A DNA stretch of 64,000 bases from NCBI GenBank assembly GCA_964396475.1, contig CAYNFE010000001.1:1205-65204 (forward strand), read 5' to 3'. Under the pieces are notes generated by a model that was not told the origin of the DNA, did not search any database, and saw nothing but the letters and a program-made list of their open reading frames with translations. Both the position numbers and the translations under genes were made by a program. This DNA is from Candidatus Woesearchaeota archaeon. GTDB lineage: Archaea; Nanobdellota; Nanobdellia; Pacearchaeales; UBA284. Shown piece by piece: positions 43,620-54,513 of the stretch; position 1 is the first letter of the stretch, and every line of letters starts with the position of its first letter.

Positions 43620-44267
43620 TTATGCGCTTGCTATAGTAAATGTCCAAGTGTCTGTCTTTACTTCAGCTGGGGCATCCTTGCTAATTTTTAAATAACATCC
43701 AGCATACATTTTAGTTGCTAATATGGTTGCAGTTAAATTTGCGCATATTGTTTTGTTTGTTGTATCCATATCTTCTCTTTTATTAAAATCTATCAGACCA
43801 CTTTGGCACCCATTATGAACATCATGTCCTTCAGACCATACTTTATATTCTGGACTTGATCCACCTATAAAGTTTGCCGCTGTCTTGCCTGAACTAACAT
43901 TAACTTTTACATTTGTATTTCCAACATTAATTATTTCCATACAATCAACATCATAAAAAGTGGTATTAGTCCAATTATCCCCAGTATCTGTGGTTTTAAT
44001 ATCACATGGGGTAGCACCAATTCCTGGATGTAATACAGCAAAATCAAAACCTTCTGTAACATAACCTGATCCAAAACCACAATAAGGTTGTGTAACATTA
44101 ATCTCTGTTCTACCACCTATTGTAACATTTACATAGCCAGCTGTTCCATAACCTGTCAAAGATGCTAGTTTATTTACTCTGTCAATACTATACCAAGTTC
44201 CAACAATACTTACAAGAATAACTATAACCAACAAAAACATAAGGAATTTGTTTGATATATCTGCCAT
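43620..44267 (-). CDS. Secreted/surface beta-rich protein
   Basis: N-terminal TM followed by LTGYG, multiple N-x-T sequons, paired Cys. Confidence 0.7.
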   Translation of the reverse strand: MADISNKFLMFLLVIVILVSIVGTWYSIDRVNKLASLTGYGTAGYVNVTIGGRTEINVTQPYCGFGSGYVTEGFDFAVLHPGIGATPCDIKTTDTGDNWTNTTFYDVDCMEIINVGNTNVKVNVSSGKTAANFIGGSSPEYKVWSEGHDVHNGCQSGLIDFNKREDMDTTNKTICANLTATILATKMYAGCYLKISKDAPAEVKTDTWTFTIASA

Positions 44268-44324
44268 TTTTTCTTTTTATCTCTTTTTATAGAAATTCAT
44301 AGATAATAAGTATTAAAAATCTTT

Positions 44325-45041
44325 CTAACTATATTTTTTTAGAATTCTAATATAATTTTTATTTAAACCACCTAATCTATAGATAATTACTTCCTTAACA
44401 TTATTCTTTTTCAAAATAGCTAGATCTTTATCAAGTTCTTCTGGACTTAATATAGGTTCATTTCCAGCCTCGCCTTTTGTAATAGTTCCCAAAGCAACTA
44501 TAAATCCTTTCTTAGATAAATTCTCAAGCATTTTGTCCTTAGTTTTTCTTGAAAAAGGAACCATAGAACTATAGAACATTTTAATAGTTTTTTCATTTTT
44601 AATATCATAAGAGAGACCAAAAAACCTGAGAAAGAATCTATTATGATAACTTTCACAACCAATAACTTCATGTTTTTTAATAAATTTTTTAATAAAGGAT
44701 TTACTTCTAAAAAAATTAAACATTTCACTAATCAAAAGCCTTTTTCTTGTGAAAGGGGGCTCCAAGTCAAGCATAACAATAATATTCTTATCTTGAACTT
44801 CATCAAAAATCCTTCTTAGAGCTTTGGTTTTAGAAAAAGGGCTTATCCAATAACCCTCTTCCCTACTCAAAACAGGCCAATAAATTATTTGCTTGACTTT
44901 TTTATTTTTTATTTTATTTTTTATACTATTAAATTTCCTTAGACTAGGAGCAGCTATGTAAAGTTTTGTCGGAAAATTAATCAATCTTAATTTTCTCAGA
45001 TTTTTTCTTGTCAGATATTCTTCAAAAAAAGAAATTTTCAT
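44325..45041 (-). CDS. Hypothetical protein, possibly TIM-barrel (start revised to 45041)
   Basis: ORF-track start lies inside tRNA-Gly; MKISFFEEY is the first ATG outside it. Confidence 0.6.
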   Translation of the reverse strand: MKISFFEEYLTRKNLRKLRLINFPTKLYIAAPSLRKFNSIKNKIKNKKVKQIIYWPVLSREEGYWISPFSKTKALRRIFDEVQDKNIIVMLDLEPPFTRKRLLISEMFNFFRSKSFIKKFIKKHEVIGCESYHNRFFLRFFGLSYDIKNEKTIKMFYSSMVPFSRKTKDKMLENLSKKGFIVALGTITKGEAGNEPILSPEELDKDLAILKKNNVKEVIIYRLGGLNKNYIRILKKYS

Positions 45042-45047
45042 TTTAAA

Positions 45048-45118
45048 TGCGCCAGCCGGGATTCGAACCCAGATCATTAGCTTGGAAGGCTAAGGTCCTA
45101 CCGTTAGACTACTGGCGC
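45048..45118 (-). tRNA. tRNA-Gly(TCC)
   Basis: GCGCCAG/CTGGCGC acceptor; stem TTAGC/GCTAA, loop CT-TCC-AA. Confidence 0.95.
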
Positions 45119-45170
45119 CTAAATAGAACAATAGAAGAAAGTTTTTAAATTAAACTACATAAATATTAAA

Positions 45171-46241
45171 ATGGAAGGCGAAGAAAAGAGAGACGAGATT
45201 AGAGAAGAAACTAAAAAAATAGAAGAAGAAATTACTGAAGAAAAAACAGTAGAAACAGAAACAGAGAAAAATGAAGAAAATACAGAAGAAAAAGCTAAGC
45301 CAGAAGAAGAGAAACCTAAAGAGAAAAAGAAAGAAAAGTACATAGAAATCAAAAAATCAAAATTTGATGGCTCTGCATGGTATGACAGAAATTATAAGAA
45401 ATTATTACTCATATCTATAATTGTTCTGATAGCTTGTTTTGCGTATATCACAGTCTTTTATGTCCAGACTGGTGATATAATGTATAAGGATGTCACACTA
45501 ACTGGTGGGACTATAGTCACTGTTTTTACTGAGCAAGAGATTAATATTCAAGAAATAGAAAATTTTCTTTCTGGAGAATTAGATGATGTTAGTGTTAGAA
45601 AGCTGGAGGATATAACAACAAGAAGGCAAATCGCTGTTATTGTTGAGACGAAATCTGACCCTAATACTGCTATCAATGCACTTGAAGATTTTTTTGGATA
45701 TACTCTTGATGAGACTAATTCAAGTGTTGAGATGAGTGGAGCCAGTTTAAGTGAAAGTTTTTACAACCAGATGCTTATTGCTTTGATCATAGCTTTTTTG
45801 ATAATGGCTGTAATTATCTTTATTATATTTAGAAAAATTGTCCCTTCATTAGCTGTAGTATTAGCTGCAGTCACTGATATTGTTGGAGCTTTAGTTATAG
45901 CAAACATTTTCGGTTTTCATATTTCAACAGCAGGCATTGCAGCTTTCTTAATGTTAGTTGGTTATAGTGTAGATACAGATGTTATGTTAACAACTAAAGT
46001 CATCAAAAGAAGAGGTGAAGGCCCTCTCAACAAAAGAATCCATTCAGCTGCAAGAACAGGCTTAACAATGACAATAACATCTTTAATTGCAGTTCTTATA
46101 GGTTTTTTTGTAGCTCAATCATCTATACTTAAACAGATATTTTTCATACTTTCAGCAGGTTTATTTATAGATCTGATATCAACTTGGTTTGGTAATGCTT
46201 CGATACTTAAATGGTGGTCTGTAAAGAGGAATATAAGCTAA
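45171..46241 (+). CDS. secF: Protein translocase subunit SecF
   Basis: DVTLTGGT, VGYSVDTDVMLTT; acidic N-terminal extension. Confidence 0.93.
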   Translation: MEGEEKRDEIREETKKIEEEITEEKTVETETEKNEENTEEKAKPEEEKPKEKKKEKYIEIKKSKFDGSAWYDRNYKKLLLISIIVLIACFAYITVFYVQTGDIMYKDVTLTGGTIVTVFTEQEINIQEIENFLSGELDDVSVRKLEDITTRRQIAVIVETKSDPNTAINALEDFFGYTLDETNSSVEMSGASLSESFYNQMLIALIIAFLIMAVIIFIIFRKIVPSLAVVLAAVTDIVGALVIANIFGFHISTAGIAAFLMLVGYSVDTDVMLTTKVIKRRGEGPLNKRIHSAARTGLTMTITSLIAVLIGFFVAQSSILKQIFFILSAGLFIDLISTWFGNASILKWWSVKRNIS

Positions 46242-46253
46242 AAAACAAAGAAA

Positions 46254-47843
46254 ATGGCAAAAATGACTTGGAGATTATGGTTATTGATCATATTACTTAT
46301 AGTAGGTGTTTTATTCATAATCAACTGGCAATCTTTTTCTGGAAAAGTAGAGATTAAAGAAATCAGACCAAATTCATCTGCAGCAGAAGCAGGAATAACA
46401 GTTGGAGAAATTATCAAAGAAATAAATGGCAAGTCTATAGAGAGCATAACAGATTATACAGAAGCTCTTATTTATCTTCCAGAACCTCCTGTTTATAAGC
46501 CTACCAATGAAAATAAAACTAATCAGACAGGCAATGAAACTAATGAGACAACAGAAGTAAATAAAGAAAAGATAACCATTCTTACAGATAAACAAGAATA
46601 TATTTTTTTAACAAATACTGATATAGGAATCACAGTTTTTGAAATACCTAAGACAAGGATAAAAACAGGTCTTGATTTACAAGGAGGAGCCAGAGCTTTA
46701 GTCCAGCCAGAAAAAACTTTGAATGCTCAGGAAATGGCCAGTCTTCTTGAAACTGTCCGCTATCGTTTGAATGTTTATGGTCTTACAGATATAAATGTCA
46801 AGGAAGTTTCTGACTTAAGCGGAAGTAGATATATGATGGTTGAGCTTGCAGGAGCCACACCACAAGAATTACAAGAATTACTAGAAAAACAAGGAAAATT
46901 TGAAGCTAAGATAGGTGAAGAGGTGGTGTTTGTAGGAGGCCAGAATGATATTACCTTTGTTTGTAGAAATGATGCTTCCTGTGCATACATAGAACAGTGT
47001 AGTGAAATAGAAGATGGTTATGCATGCAGATTCCATTTTGAAATTCATTTGTCAGAGCAGGCTGCAAAAAAACACGCTGAGGTAACATCTAATCTTGAAG
47101 AAAATGTATCTGATGGGAACCGCTATCTAAATGAGAGTCTTGATCTTTACTTAGATGATAGTTTAGTAGATTCTTTACTTATAGATGCTGATTTAAAAGG
47201 CCAAGAAGCAACAAGAATAGCAATAACAGGAAGTGGAACAGGAAACACAAAAGCTGAGGCTTATGATGCAGCTCAAGAATCTATGAAAAAATTACAGACA
47301 ATTCTTATCACAGGTTCGCTTCCATTTAAATTAGAAATTGTTAAGCTAGATTCTGTATCTCCATTATTAGGAAGAGAGTTCACAAAAAATGTCTTCTTAG
47401 TTGCTATAGCAGCATTCATAGCTGTCTGTCTTATTATTTATCTTCGTTATAGAAAAGTCATATTATTTGTTCCAGTAATAATAACTCTTGTCTCAGAAGT
47501 TGTCCTTGTTCTTGCAATAGCCTCAATAATAAACTGGAACCTTGACTTAGCATCTATAGCAGGAATCATAGCTGCTTTAGGTACAGGTGTAGATGATCAG
47601 ATTATTATGATAGATGAAACAAGAGTGTCAAAACAATACAGTGTCAAAGAGCGTATCAAGAGAGCATTCTTTATTATATTCGGAGCTTATGCAACTACTG
47701 CTCTTGCCTTATTACCTTTATGGTCAGCAGGTGCAGGTTTATTGCGAGGTTTTGTGGTTACAACAATACTAGGAATAACAGTAGGGGTTTTCATAACTCG
47801 CCCAGCTTTTGCAGATATTCTTAAAAAAATAACTAAAGAATAA
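46254..47843 (+). CDS. secD: Protein translocase subunit SecD (with PDZ-like insert)
   Basis: GLDLQGG, GTGVDDQI, LRGF. Confidence 0.93.
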   Translation: MAKMTWRLWLLIILLIVGVLFIINWQSFSGKVEIKEIRPNSSAAEAGITVGEIIKEINGKSIESITDYTEALIYLPEPPVYKPTNENKTNQTGNETNETTEVNKEKITILTDKQEYIFLTNTDIGITVFEIPKTRIKTGLDLQGGARALVQPEKTLNAQEMASLLETVRYRLNVYGLTDINVKEVSDLSGSRYMMVELAGATPQELQELLEKQGKFEAKIGEEVVFVGGQNDITFVCRNDASCAYIEQCSEIEDGYACRFHFEIHLSEQAAKKHAEVTSNLEENVSDGNRYLNESLDLYLDDSLVDSLLIDADLKGQEATRIAITGSGTGNTKAEAYDAAQESMKKLQTILITGSLPFKLEIVKLDSVSPLLGREFTKNVFLVAIAAFIAVCLIIYLRYRKVILFVPVIITLVSEVVLVLAIASIINWNLDLASIAGIIAALGTGVDDQIIMIDETRVSKQYSVKERIKRAFFIIFGAYATTALALLPLWSAGAGLLRGFVVTTILGITVGVFITRPAFADILKKITKE

Positions 47844-47863
47844 ACCAAATTAAAAATCTAAAA

Positions 47864-48283
47864 ATGCTTCCCAAATATCACATAATCTTTTCTATAATTG
47901 CTGCAACAATTCTCTTACTATTAAAAATAAATTATCTTTTTATCATATTATTTTTTCTAGCAGCTATTTTAATTGATATAGATCATTATTTTTTTTATAT
48001 AATCAAAAAGAAAAATTTCAATCTAAGTAAGGCATATAGATATTTTAGATATGAATTAAATAAAGCAAGAATCAAAAAAACACCCCAAACATTATTATTT
48101 ATATTTCATACAATTGAATTTTTCCTTCTTCTTTTAATCTTATCCTTATTTCTCAATTTTTTTTGGCCTATATTTTTTGGTTGTCTATTCCATGAAGCTA
48201 TAGATTTGATTTATGAACCATTCAAGAAACATAAAAAATATATAAAAGCTCCTTCTTTACTTCTTTATATATTTAGAAGATGA
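47864..48283 (+). CDS. Membrane metal-dependent hydrolase-like protein
   Basis: H...IDIDH...FHT...FH-x3-D. Confidence 0.7.
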   Translation: MLPKYHIIFSIIAATILLLLKINYLFIILFFLAAILIDIDHYFFYIIKKKNFNLSKAYRYFRYELNKARIKKTPQTLLFIFHTIEFFLLLLILSLFLNFFWPIFFGCLFHEAIDLIYEPFKKHKKYIKAPSLLLYIFRR

Positions 48284-49785
48284 AACCTAAACAAGATCTT
48301 ACTAAAAAAGTTATAAAAAATGCTCTTTATCAGGGCTTATCTGGAATAATTGCTAAACTTGGTGCTTTGATTTTTACTATTGTAGTGGCAAGAATGCTTT
48401 TTCCAGAGCTTTTTGGTCTCTATAGTCTTGCTTTGACAATCATTCTAACTATTATAACTATTAGTGATCTTGGTTTTAGCCAGACTATTATCAGATATAT
48501 AGCAGATAGTTTAGGTAAAAGAAAAAGAAAACAAGCAAGATCAAGATTTCTCTTCTTATTAAAATTCAAATTTTTTATTGCTTTAATTTTTGCTATTCTT
48601 TTGTTTTTGTTCTCTGGTTTACTTGCAAATTTATTTAGCAAACCAGGACTAGTCCTTCCTTTACAAGTTGGTAGTATCTATTTGTTCATTACTTCGATTT
48701 ATATGGCTTTCAACACATTATTTTTTGCTTTACAAAAAATAAAATATAACACCATAGCTGAATCAATCTTCCAGGTCTCAAGAATCGCTTTAATTTTTAT
48801 TTTCCTTTATTTTTATAAGGCAGTTACAAGTGTTTTTATTGCTTTGTCTATTTCATTATTTTTTGCTTTGATATTTTTATCTATAATAATAAACAAAAAA
48901 TACAATTTCTTAATCAGAGGAAAACAAGAGCCAGTAAAAAAAAGAAGACTTCTCATATTTTCAGCCTTCATAGCCCTTACTTCATTAAGTGCGATTATTT
49001 TTGCTGATATTGATAAATTAATGCTAGGTTATTTTCTTGAAGCAGAATTTATTGGCTATTATACTGCTATTTTTTCAGTGATCAGCGGTTTCTTAGGACT
49101 TCTTGGTTTGAGTATTGTTGTTTTTCCTGTATTTACACAAATTCACGGAAAAAGATTAAAGAGAGCATTCAAAAAAACATTTCATTATCTTGTTATAATA
49201 GCTTTTCCTATAACTCTTGGCTTAGCTTATCTTTTTGTTCCTGTATTACAGATTTTATATGGCCAGGCTTATGTTCCTTTTGAGTATAAGATAACATTAA
49301 CAGTCACCTCCATATTTTTAAGTTTTATAATTTTAGAAGGGATTATAACAGGATTATATGCTATTCTATTCAATGCAAAAGAAAAACCAAAATTACCAGC
49401 AGTAACAATGATAATAGTAGCTATTCTTAATATAATTTTAAACTTCATACTTATATCTTATTTCATCAAATTCAGACCAGAGTATGGTTTGATAGGGGCT
49501 TCTATGGCCACATTCATAAGCCGTTACATTTTCCTTGGAACATTAATTATTTTGGCAAAAACTAAATTAAAAATAAGTCCAAATAAATCATCAATAATCA
49601 AACCTCTAATAGCTAGCATAGTTATGCTAGCCTTTTTGTTCATTTTTGATTACTTTATCCCTCTTAATATATTTCTTGGGATAATAATGGTTATCTCTGC
49701 AGCTTTAGTATATATTCTGGTAATGTTCTTAATCAGAGGAATTAAAAAAGAAGATTTTAAATTGATAAGATTAATTAAAAGTTAA
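48280..49785 (+). CDS. Oligosaccharide flippase (Wzx/RfbX family)
   Basis: About 12-14 TM; DLGF, IDKLMLG, IGYY. Confidence 0.88.
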   Translation: MKPKQDLTKKVIKNALYQGLSGIIAKLGALIFTIVVARMLFPELFGLYSLALTIILTIITISDLGFSQTIIRYIADSLGKRKRKQARSRFLFLLKFKFFIALIFAILLFLFSGLLANLFSKPGLVLPLQVGSIYLFITSIYMAFNTLFFALQKIKYNTIAESIFQVSRIALIFIFLYFYKAVTSVFIALSISLFFALIFLSIIINKKYNFLIRGKQEPVKKRRLLIFSAFIALTSLSAIIFADIDKLMLGYFLEAEFIGYYTAIFSVISGFLGLLGLSIVVFPVFTQIHGKRLKRAFKKTFHYLVIIAFPITLGLAYLFVPVLQILYGQAYVPFEYKITLTVTSIFLSFIILEGIITGLYAILFNAKEKPKLPAVTMIIVAILNIILNFILISYFIKFRPEYGLIGASMATFISRYIFLGTLIILAKTKLKISPNKSSIIKPLIASIVMLAFLFIFDYFIPLNIFLGIIMVISAALVYILVMFLIRGIKKEDFKLIRLIKS

Positions 49786-49786
49786 A

Positions 49787-50464
49787 ATGAAAATTAATGA
49801 TTATTATAATAAAAAATATAGAGAACAAATAGAAGAGGATGAAAAAATAGGAAAGATTTATAGCAAAGATATCGTAAAAATTATTGGAAAGATTAAAAAT
49901 AAAAAGATACTTGATGTCGGGTGTGGAAGTGGAGTTATCACTTCTTTTTTAACAAGAGACAATGAGGTTTGGGGAATGGATATATCAAAAAAGGCACTAG
50001 AAAAAGCGAAACATTATGGGCTAAAAACAATTCAGTACGATATCGAAAAAAAATTCCCCTTTAGAAAAAAGCAATTCGATATTATTATTTGTAGAGAGGT
50101 ATTTGAACATTTAATCAATCCTATATTTACTCTTCAAGAGATCGAAAGAGTTTTAAATGATAATGGAATATTGATAACCTCTGTACCTAATCAATTTAAT
50201 TGGAAGAAAAGAATTAAACTTTTGTTAGGGGATAATTTAAGTTCAGATTATTTTAAAGGATTTAATGAATGGAATTATCCACATATTCGATTTTTTACTT
50301 TTAAAGGATTTAAAAAATTTTTATCTTCTGGTGGTTTTAAAATAAATAAAAATTTTTCTTTTTTTTACAAAACATCTAAATTTTTACCTAATAGTATAGT
50401 TAAAAAATTTCCTTCTCTTTTTAGTTGCAATTTTCTTATAGAAGCTGTGAAAATTAAAAAATGA
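49787..50464 (+). CDS. Class I SAM-dependent methyltransferase
   Basis: ILDVGCGSG, GMDIS, EVFEHL. Confidence 0.9.
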   Translation: MKINDYYNKKYREQIEEDEKIGKIYSKDIVKIIGKIKNKKILDVGCGSGVITSFLTRDNEVWGMDISKKALEKAKHYGLKTIQYDIEKKFPFRKKQFDIIICREVFEHLINPIFTLQEIERVLNDNGILITSVPNQFNWKKRIKLLLGDNLSSDYFKGFNEWNYPHIRFFTFKGFKKFLSSGGFKINKNFSFFYKTSKFLPNSIVKKFPSLFSCNFLIEAVKIKK

Positions 50465-51675
50465 AAGTCCTATTTGCTGGTATTATAATGGATTCGCAAT
50501 GGAGAGGTGGAGAACCAAAAATAGCTAGGGCTATAATATCTGAACTTAAAAAAAGAAATGTCAAGATTTTTTGTGATAGTTTTAAAAGAAATAAAATAGC
50601 TATGTACTTTTCTCGTTTATTTAACCCTACAGATGTGTATCCACCAGCTTATATTCATTATCTTAAATTGCTTCAGAAACTTAAACCTGATTTAGTAGTT
50701 GGATGGTTTGATTATGATATCTCTTTATATGCTGCATCGCTAAAATTAAAAATACCTATAATAGCTGCAGTACATATATACTGGCCAATCTGTCCTCTGC
50801 TTACTCTTTGGTTAAATAACAAAATGTGTCCTGGACCAAACCATGCTAATTGTTTCAAACATTGTGTGGCACGAAAAAGTAATCTCCTTTCTAAATTCTG
50901 TTTTTCATTTTTAAATATAAGTATTCGATTGGCTCTAAAAAAAAGAAAAAATATCCTAAATAAAGTTAGTGCGATTATAGTTCTTAGTGACTATGTTAAA
51001 CAAAAAATGATTAACTATGGTTATAATCAGAATAAAATAAAAGTAATACCAAATGGAATAAACTTAACAAGTTTTAGACCACAAATTTTAAAACAGAGAA
51101 AAGGCAACTCTAATATAATTTTGTATTTTGCTGCTAGAGCTTCTGAATCCAAAGGTTTTTATGATTTTTTAAAAATTGTAGAAATTCTTAAAAAAAAGCA
51201 TCCTGAATTAAAGTTTATGGCTACTGGAAATAAACCTGAAAATGTTAAGGACAAAGAAATAGAGTTTACAGGATATCTCCCAGAGAAGAAAATTATAAAT
51301 TTATTAGAAGAAGTATTCATTGTTATTATTCCATCAAAATGGGGAGAGCCATTTGGTTTAGTTAATATTGAAGCAATGGCAATGAAAAAACCAGTTGTTG
51401 CTTATGCAAATGGGGCTATTCCAGAAATTATAAAAAGTGATTTTAATGGTTTTCTTGTTAAAAATGCTAATATTAAAGGTATGGTTAAAAAAATAGAATT
51501 GTTAATAAAAAATAATAGATTGGCTGAAGAAATAGGCAAAAATGCAAGAAAAACTGTTGAGAAAAAATTTGACATTAAAAAAATTTCAGCAAAATATTAT
51601 GATGTTATTAAACAAATATTAAAAAATAATAAAATTAGCAAAAAAGAAATAAAATTCAAGCCAAAAATTTTCTGA
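50461..51675 (+). CDS. Glycosyltransferase family 4
   Basis: EPFGLVNIEAMA; internal Cys cluster. Confidence 0.9.
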   Translation: MKVLFAGIIMDSQWRGGEPKIARAIISELKKRNVKIFCDSFKRNKIAMYFSRLFNPTDVYPPAYIHYLKLLQKLKPDLVVGWFDYDISLYAASLKLKIPIIAAVHIYWPICPLLTLWLNNKMCPGPNHANCFKHCVARKSNLLSKFCFSFLNISIRLALKKRKNILNKVSAIIVLSDYVKQKMINYGYNQNKIKVIPNGINLTSFRPQILKQRKGNSNIILYFAARASESKGFYDFLKIVEILKKKHPELKFMATGNKPENVKDKEIEFTGYLPEKKIINLLEEVFIVIIPSKWGEPFGLVNIEAMAMKKPVVAYANGAIPEIIKSDFNGFLVKNANIKGMVKKIELLIKNNRLAEEIGKNARKTVEKKFDIKKISAKYYDVIKQILKNNKISKKEIKFKPKIF

Positions 51676-51803
51676 TAAATAAATTCATATTTTACATTAT
51701 AATTTTTATTTTATATCTAACAATAGGAAAACCAAACCATTATCTGTAAGAATGTTTTTTATAAAATAAAAATGCCGAAGAGTCTGCCGAAGGGTTCTTT
51801 ACA

Positions 51804-52679
51804 TTATTTTTTCTCGCACAGAAGATTTGTGTGATTTTTTTTATTAATAGTATATTCTTTTAATAATAAACTAAAAGTATCAATTGGGATAATTTTATTT
51901 TTTGCTTTGTTTATATCATTAATTTTGAATCCATGTTGAAGAAGTAATTTTAAAAATTCAATAGGTTCTACGCCTGATTTTTTAAGTCCAATAGGCCAAA
52001 ACTCAGAAAGTATTTTTACATTTTCATTTTCATTTAATAGCACTCGCATTCCTTTAACTGCCCTATATTCCGCTCCTTGAATATCCATTTTAATAAAATT
52101 AATTTTGTTATTTTGATTTTTAAAGTAATCATCTAATCGTATGCTTTCTATTTCAATAAATTTTCTATCATCTTTTGAATCATATATTCTATGATCTCCT
52201 TTGTTATCTTCACATAAAAATAATTTAAGTTTTCCTGTTTTATTTGAGACTGCTTTGTTTATCAACACAATATTTTTATAATCATTAATTTTAACATTCT
52301 TTTTGAGAAGAGCAAAATTTGTTGGGTCTGGTTCAAAAGCAAAAACTTTCCCATTTTCACCTACAAGTTTGGCAAATATTAAAGTATAGTATCCAATGTT
52401 TGCTCCAAGATCCAAAACAATATCATCTTGTTTAATTTCATTCTTAATAAGTTTAGTTTCAAATTTTTCATAGATTCCATTAATAGATAAGTACAATGAA
52501 TCTTTTGAATCTAAAAACATTTTATGCCCTTGGACGATAGCAAAATTTGATTTTACTTTTCTAATTATAAATTCATTGGCAACTCTTATTGGATAAAATC
52601 TTGCAATTCCATATCCTCCCAAAACAAATTCAATACCTTTATAAATCGCTAATAATAATTTTTTCATAATCATAAGCAA
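51804..52679 (-). CDS. FkbM-family methyltransferase
   Basis: LDLGANIGYY, AFEPDP, IKMDIQGAE. Confidence 0.92.
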   Translation of the reverse strand: MLMIMKKLLLAIYKGIEFVLGGYGIARFYPIRVANEFIIRKVKSNFAIVQGHKMFLDSKDSLYLSINGIYEKFETKLIKNEIKQDDIVLDLGANIGYYTLIFAKLVGENGKVFAFEPDPTNFALLKKNVKINDYKNIVLINKAVSNKTGKLKLFLCEDNKGDHRIYDSKDDRKFIEIESIRLDDYFKNQNNKINFIKMDIQGAEYRAVKGMRVLLNENENVKILSEFWPIGLKKSGVEPIEFLKLLLQHGFKINDINKAKNKIIPIDTFSLLLKEYTINKKNHTNLLCEKK

Positions 52680-52729
52680 TATAATTTTTAATTAATTAAT
52701 AAACTTATCGTTTAACGACCCAGACTATC

Positions 52730-53416
52730 CTAATCTTTTCTTCTATATTTCTGTTTTTTAGTAAAAAAAGCTATCAGAAATTCCTTGCCATAAGAAAAAG
52801 GATATAAAAAGCACATAATAATTGCTTTCAACCAAAATGGGTTTTTGATACCCCATTTTCTAAATAAACAACCATTAATACTGCCATTTTGTCTTTTTTT
52901 CTCAAGAGTTATATTCCCGAAATAATTAGGATGTATATGTTCAACAAGAGTATTAACATTTCTTGCCTTTCCAAATTTCTTCATTTTTAAATAAATATCA
53001 ACATCTTCTCCACCTGTAAGAAAGGTTTTATAATCAAAAGAACCAATTTTTTTTAGAATGGATTTACGATAAGCTGTGGCCTTTCCATCTGGAGGATATG
53101 GAAAATATTCTTTTTTTGTATCATAATCTTTTATTTTTGCAGTAGTAATGACTATATTTTCTTCTTCAAAAGGTTTTATCAATTTTTTTATAAAATTTCT
53201 TTCTTTAGGAATGCAATCTTGATGTAGGGTTATAATTATATCCCCTTTTGATTTTTTTATTCCATAATTATATGTTTTAGCAAGACCTTTTTTGCCATCA
53301 ATAAATAATTTTTGAAAAGATATTCCTTTCAAATTCTGTTTGTTTAATTTATTTTTTAAACTGTTCAATAATTTTTTGTTTGATTTATATAATGGACAGA
53401 TTAGAGTTACTTTCAT
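52730..53416 (-). CDS. Glycosyltransferase family 2
   Basis: ICPLY, LHQD, GGEDVD. Confidence 0.8.
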   Translation of the reverse strand: MKVTLICPLYKSNKKLLNSLKNKLNKQNLKGISFQKLFIDGKKGLAKTYNYGIKKSKGDIIITLHQDCIPKERNFIKKLIKPFEEENIVITTAKIKDYDTKKEYFPYPPDGKATAYRKSILKKIGSFDYKTFLTGGEDVDIYLKMKKFGKARNVNTLVEHIHPNYFGNITLEKKRQNGSINGCLFRKWGIKNPFWLKAIIMCFLYPFSYGKEFLIAFFTKKQKYRRKD

Positions 53417-54513
53417 TTTAGAGCTTCTTCATAAATTCTTTTTAATTTTTTATTTCTTTCTTTTATTGAGAATTTTCCTTTGCTGACTTGTTTAAATCCT
53501 TCTTTTCCCATTTTTTCTCTTAATTTTTTATCTTCAATTAATACAGACATTTTTTTAACTAAATCCTTAATTATTTTTTCTTCCTTTTTTCCAATTTTAT
53601 AATAATCAACATTTCCAGAAACATCAATTGTAAATCCTGTTTTATTATTCTGTATTATTTCTTTCCTGCTTTTTGTATATTTAGTATTAACTGCCACAAC
53701 TGGTAGAGCAAAAGACATAGATTCAAGTAAAGCAAAACCAAAAGTGTCTACTAAAGATGGATAAAAAAAGATATCAGATTTAGGAAAATAATCATTAATT
53801 AGTTTTTTATGAGATACCAATCCTGTAATGTTTATGTTCTTGTATTTCTCTCTTAAATCTTTTGGAACGTCAGATATAAAAAATTCTTCAATATTATATT
53901 TCTTTTTAAGTCTGCTAAAAACCTTTAGTGCTATTAATCCTCCTTTAATCCAGAAATATCTTGATGCATAAATTAAAGTCACTTTTTTATGTTTCTTTCT
54001 TTTTATTTTAGGTAAGGGAACAGCAGGATAAATTATTTCTAATTTCTTTCTAATTTCTTTTTCAGGAAATAATTTTAAGATATCATTTTTTGTGGTATTA
54101 GTCCATGGTAGAATTTTTTTACAATTTTCATCTAAAAGTATATTCTTCACTCTTTTTTTCCCTAATTTTGTCGGTTTTCCAGAAATCCACATTTGCCAGA
54201 AACCTTCAAAATCTGCTATCCATGGTTTTTTATTTGAACTTAAACAATGAGTACAATGAATTAAATTATATTTATGTTTTGATCTTGTAAAATGAGCATT
54301 TGGAATTGGTAAGCTTAACATATAAAGAATCTTTCTTATCATCTTTTTTATAAAATTAGATAAAAGAAATTTCCTTTTTGATATTACTCCTAAACTTTTC
54401 TTTTTTATATTAACATAATCTATATTTTTTGGAGGTTTTTCAACAAGATATTTATAATATGAACTATCAGGAAATTTCCAAGGGAATTGTAGATAAACTT
54501 TAATTTTTTTCAT
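53413..54513 (-). CDS. Glycosyltransferase family 4
   Basis: DTFGFALLESMS. Confidence 0.85.
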   Translation of the reverse strand: MKKIKVYLQFPWKFPDSSYYKYLVEKPPKNIDYVNIKKKSLGVISKRKFLLSNFIKKMIRKILYMLSLPIPNAHFTRSKHKYNLIHCTHCLSSNKKPWIADFEGFWQMWISGKPTKLGKKRVKNILLDENCKKILPWTNTTKNDILKLFPEKEIRKKLEIIYPAVPLPKIKRKKHKKVTLIYASRYFWIKGGLIALKVFSRLKKKYNIEEFFISDVPKDLREKYKNINITGLVSHKKLINDYFPKSDIFFYPSLVDTFGFALLESMSFALPVVAVNTKYTKSRKEIIQNNKTGFTIDVSGNVDYYKIGKKEEKIIKDLVKKMSVLIEDKKLREKMGKEGFKQVSKGKFSIKERNKKLKRIYEEALK

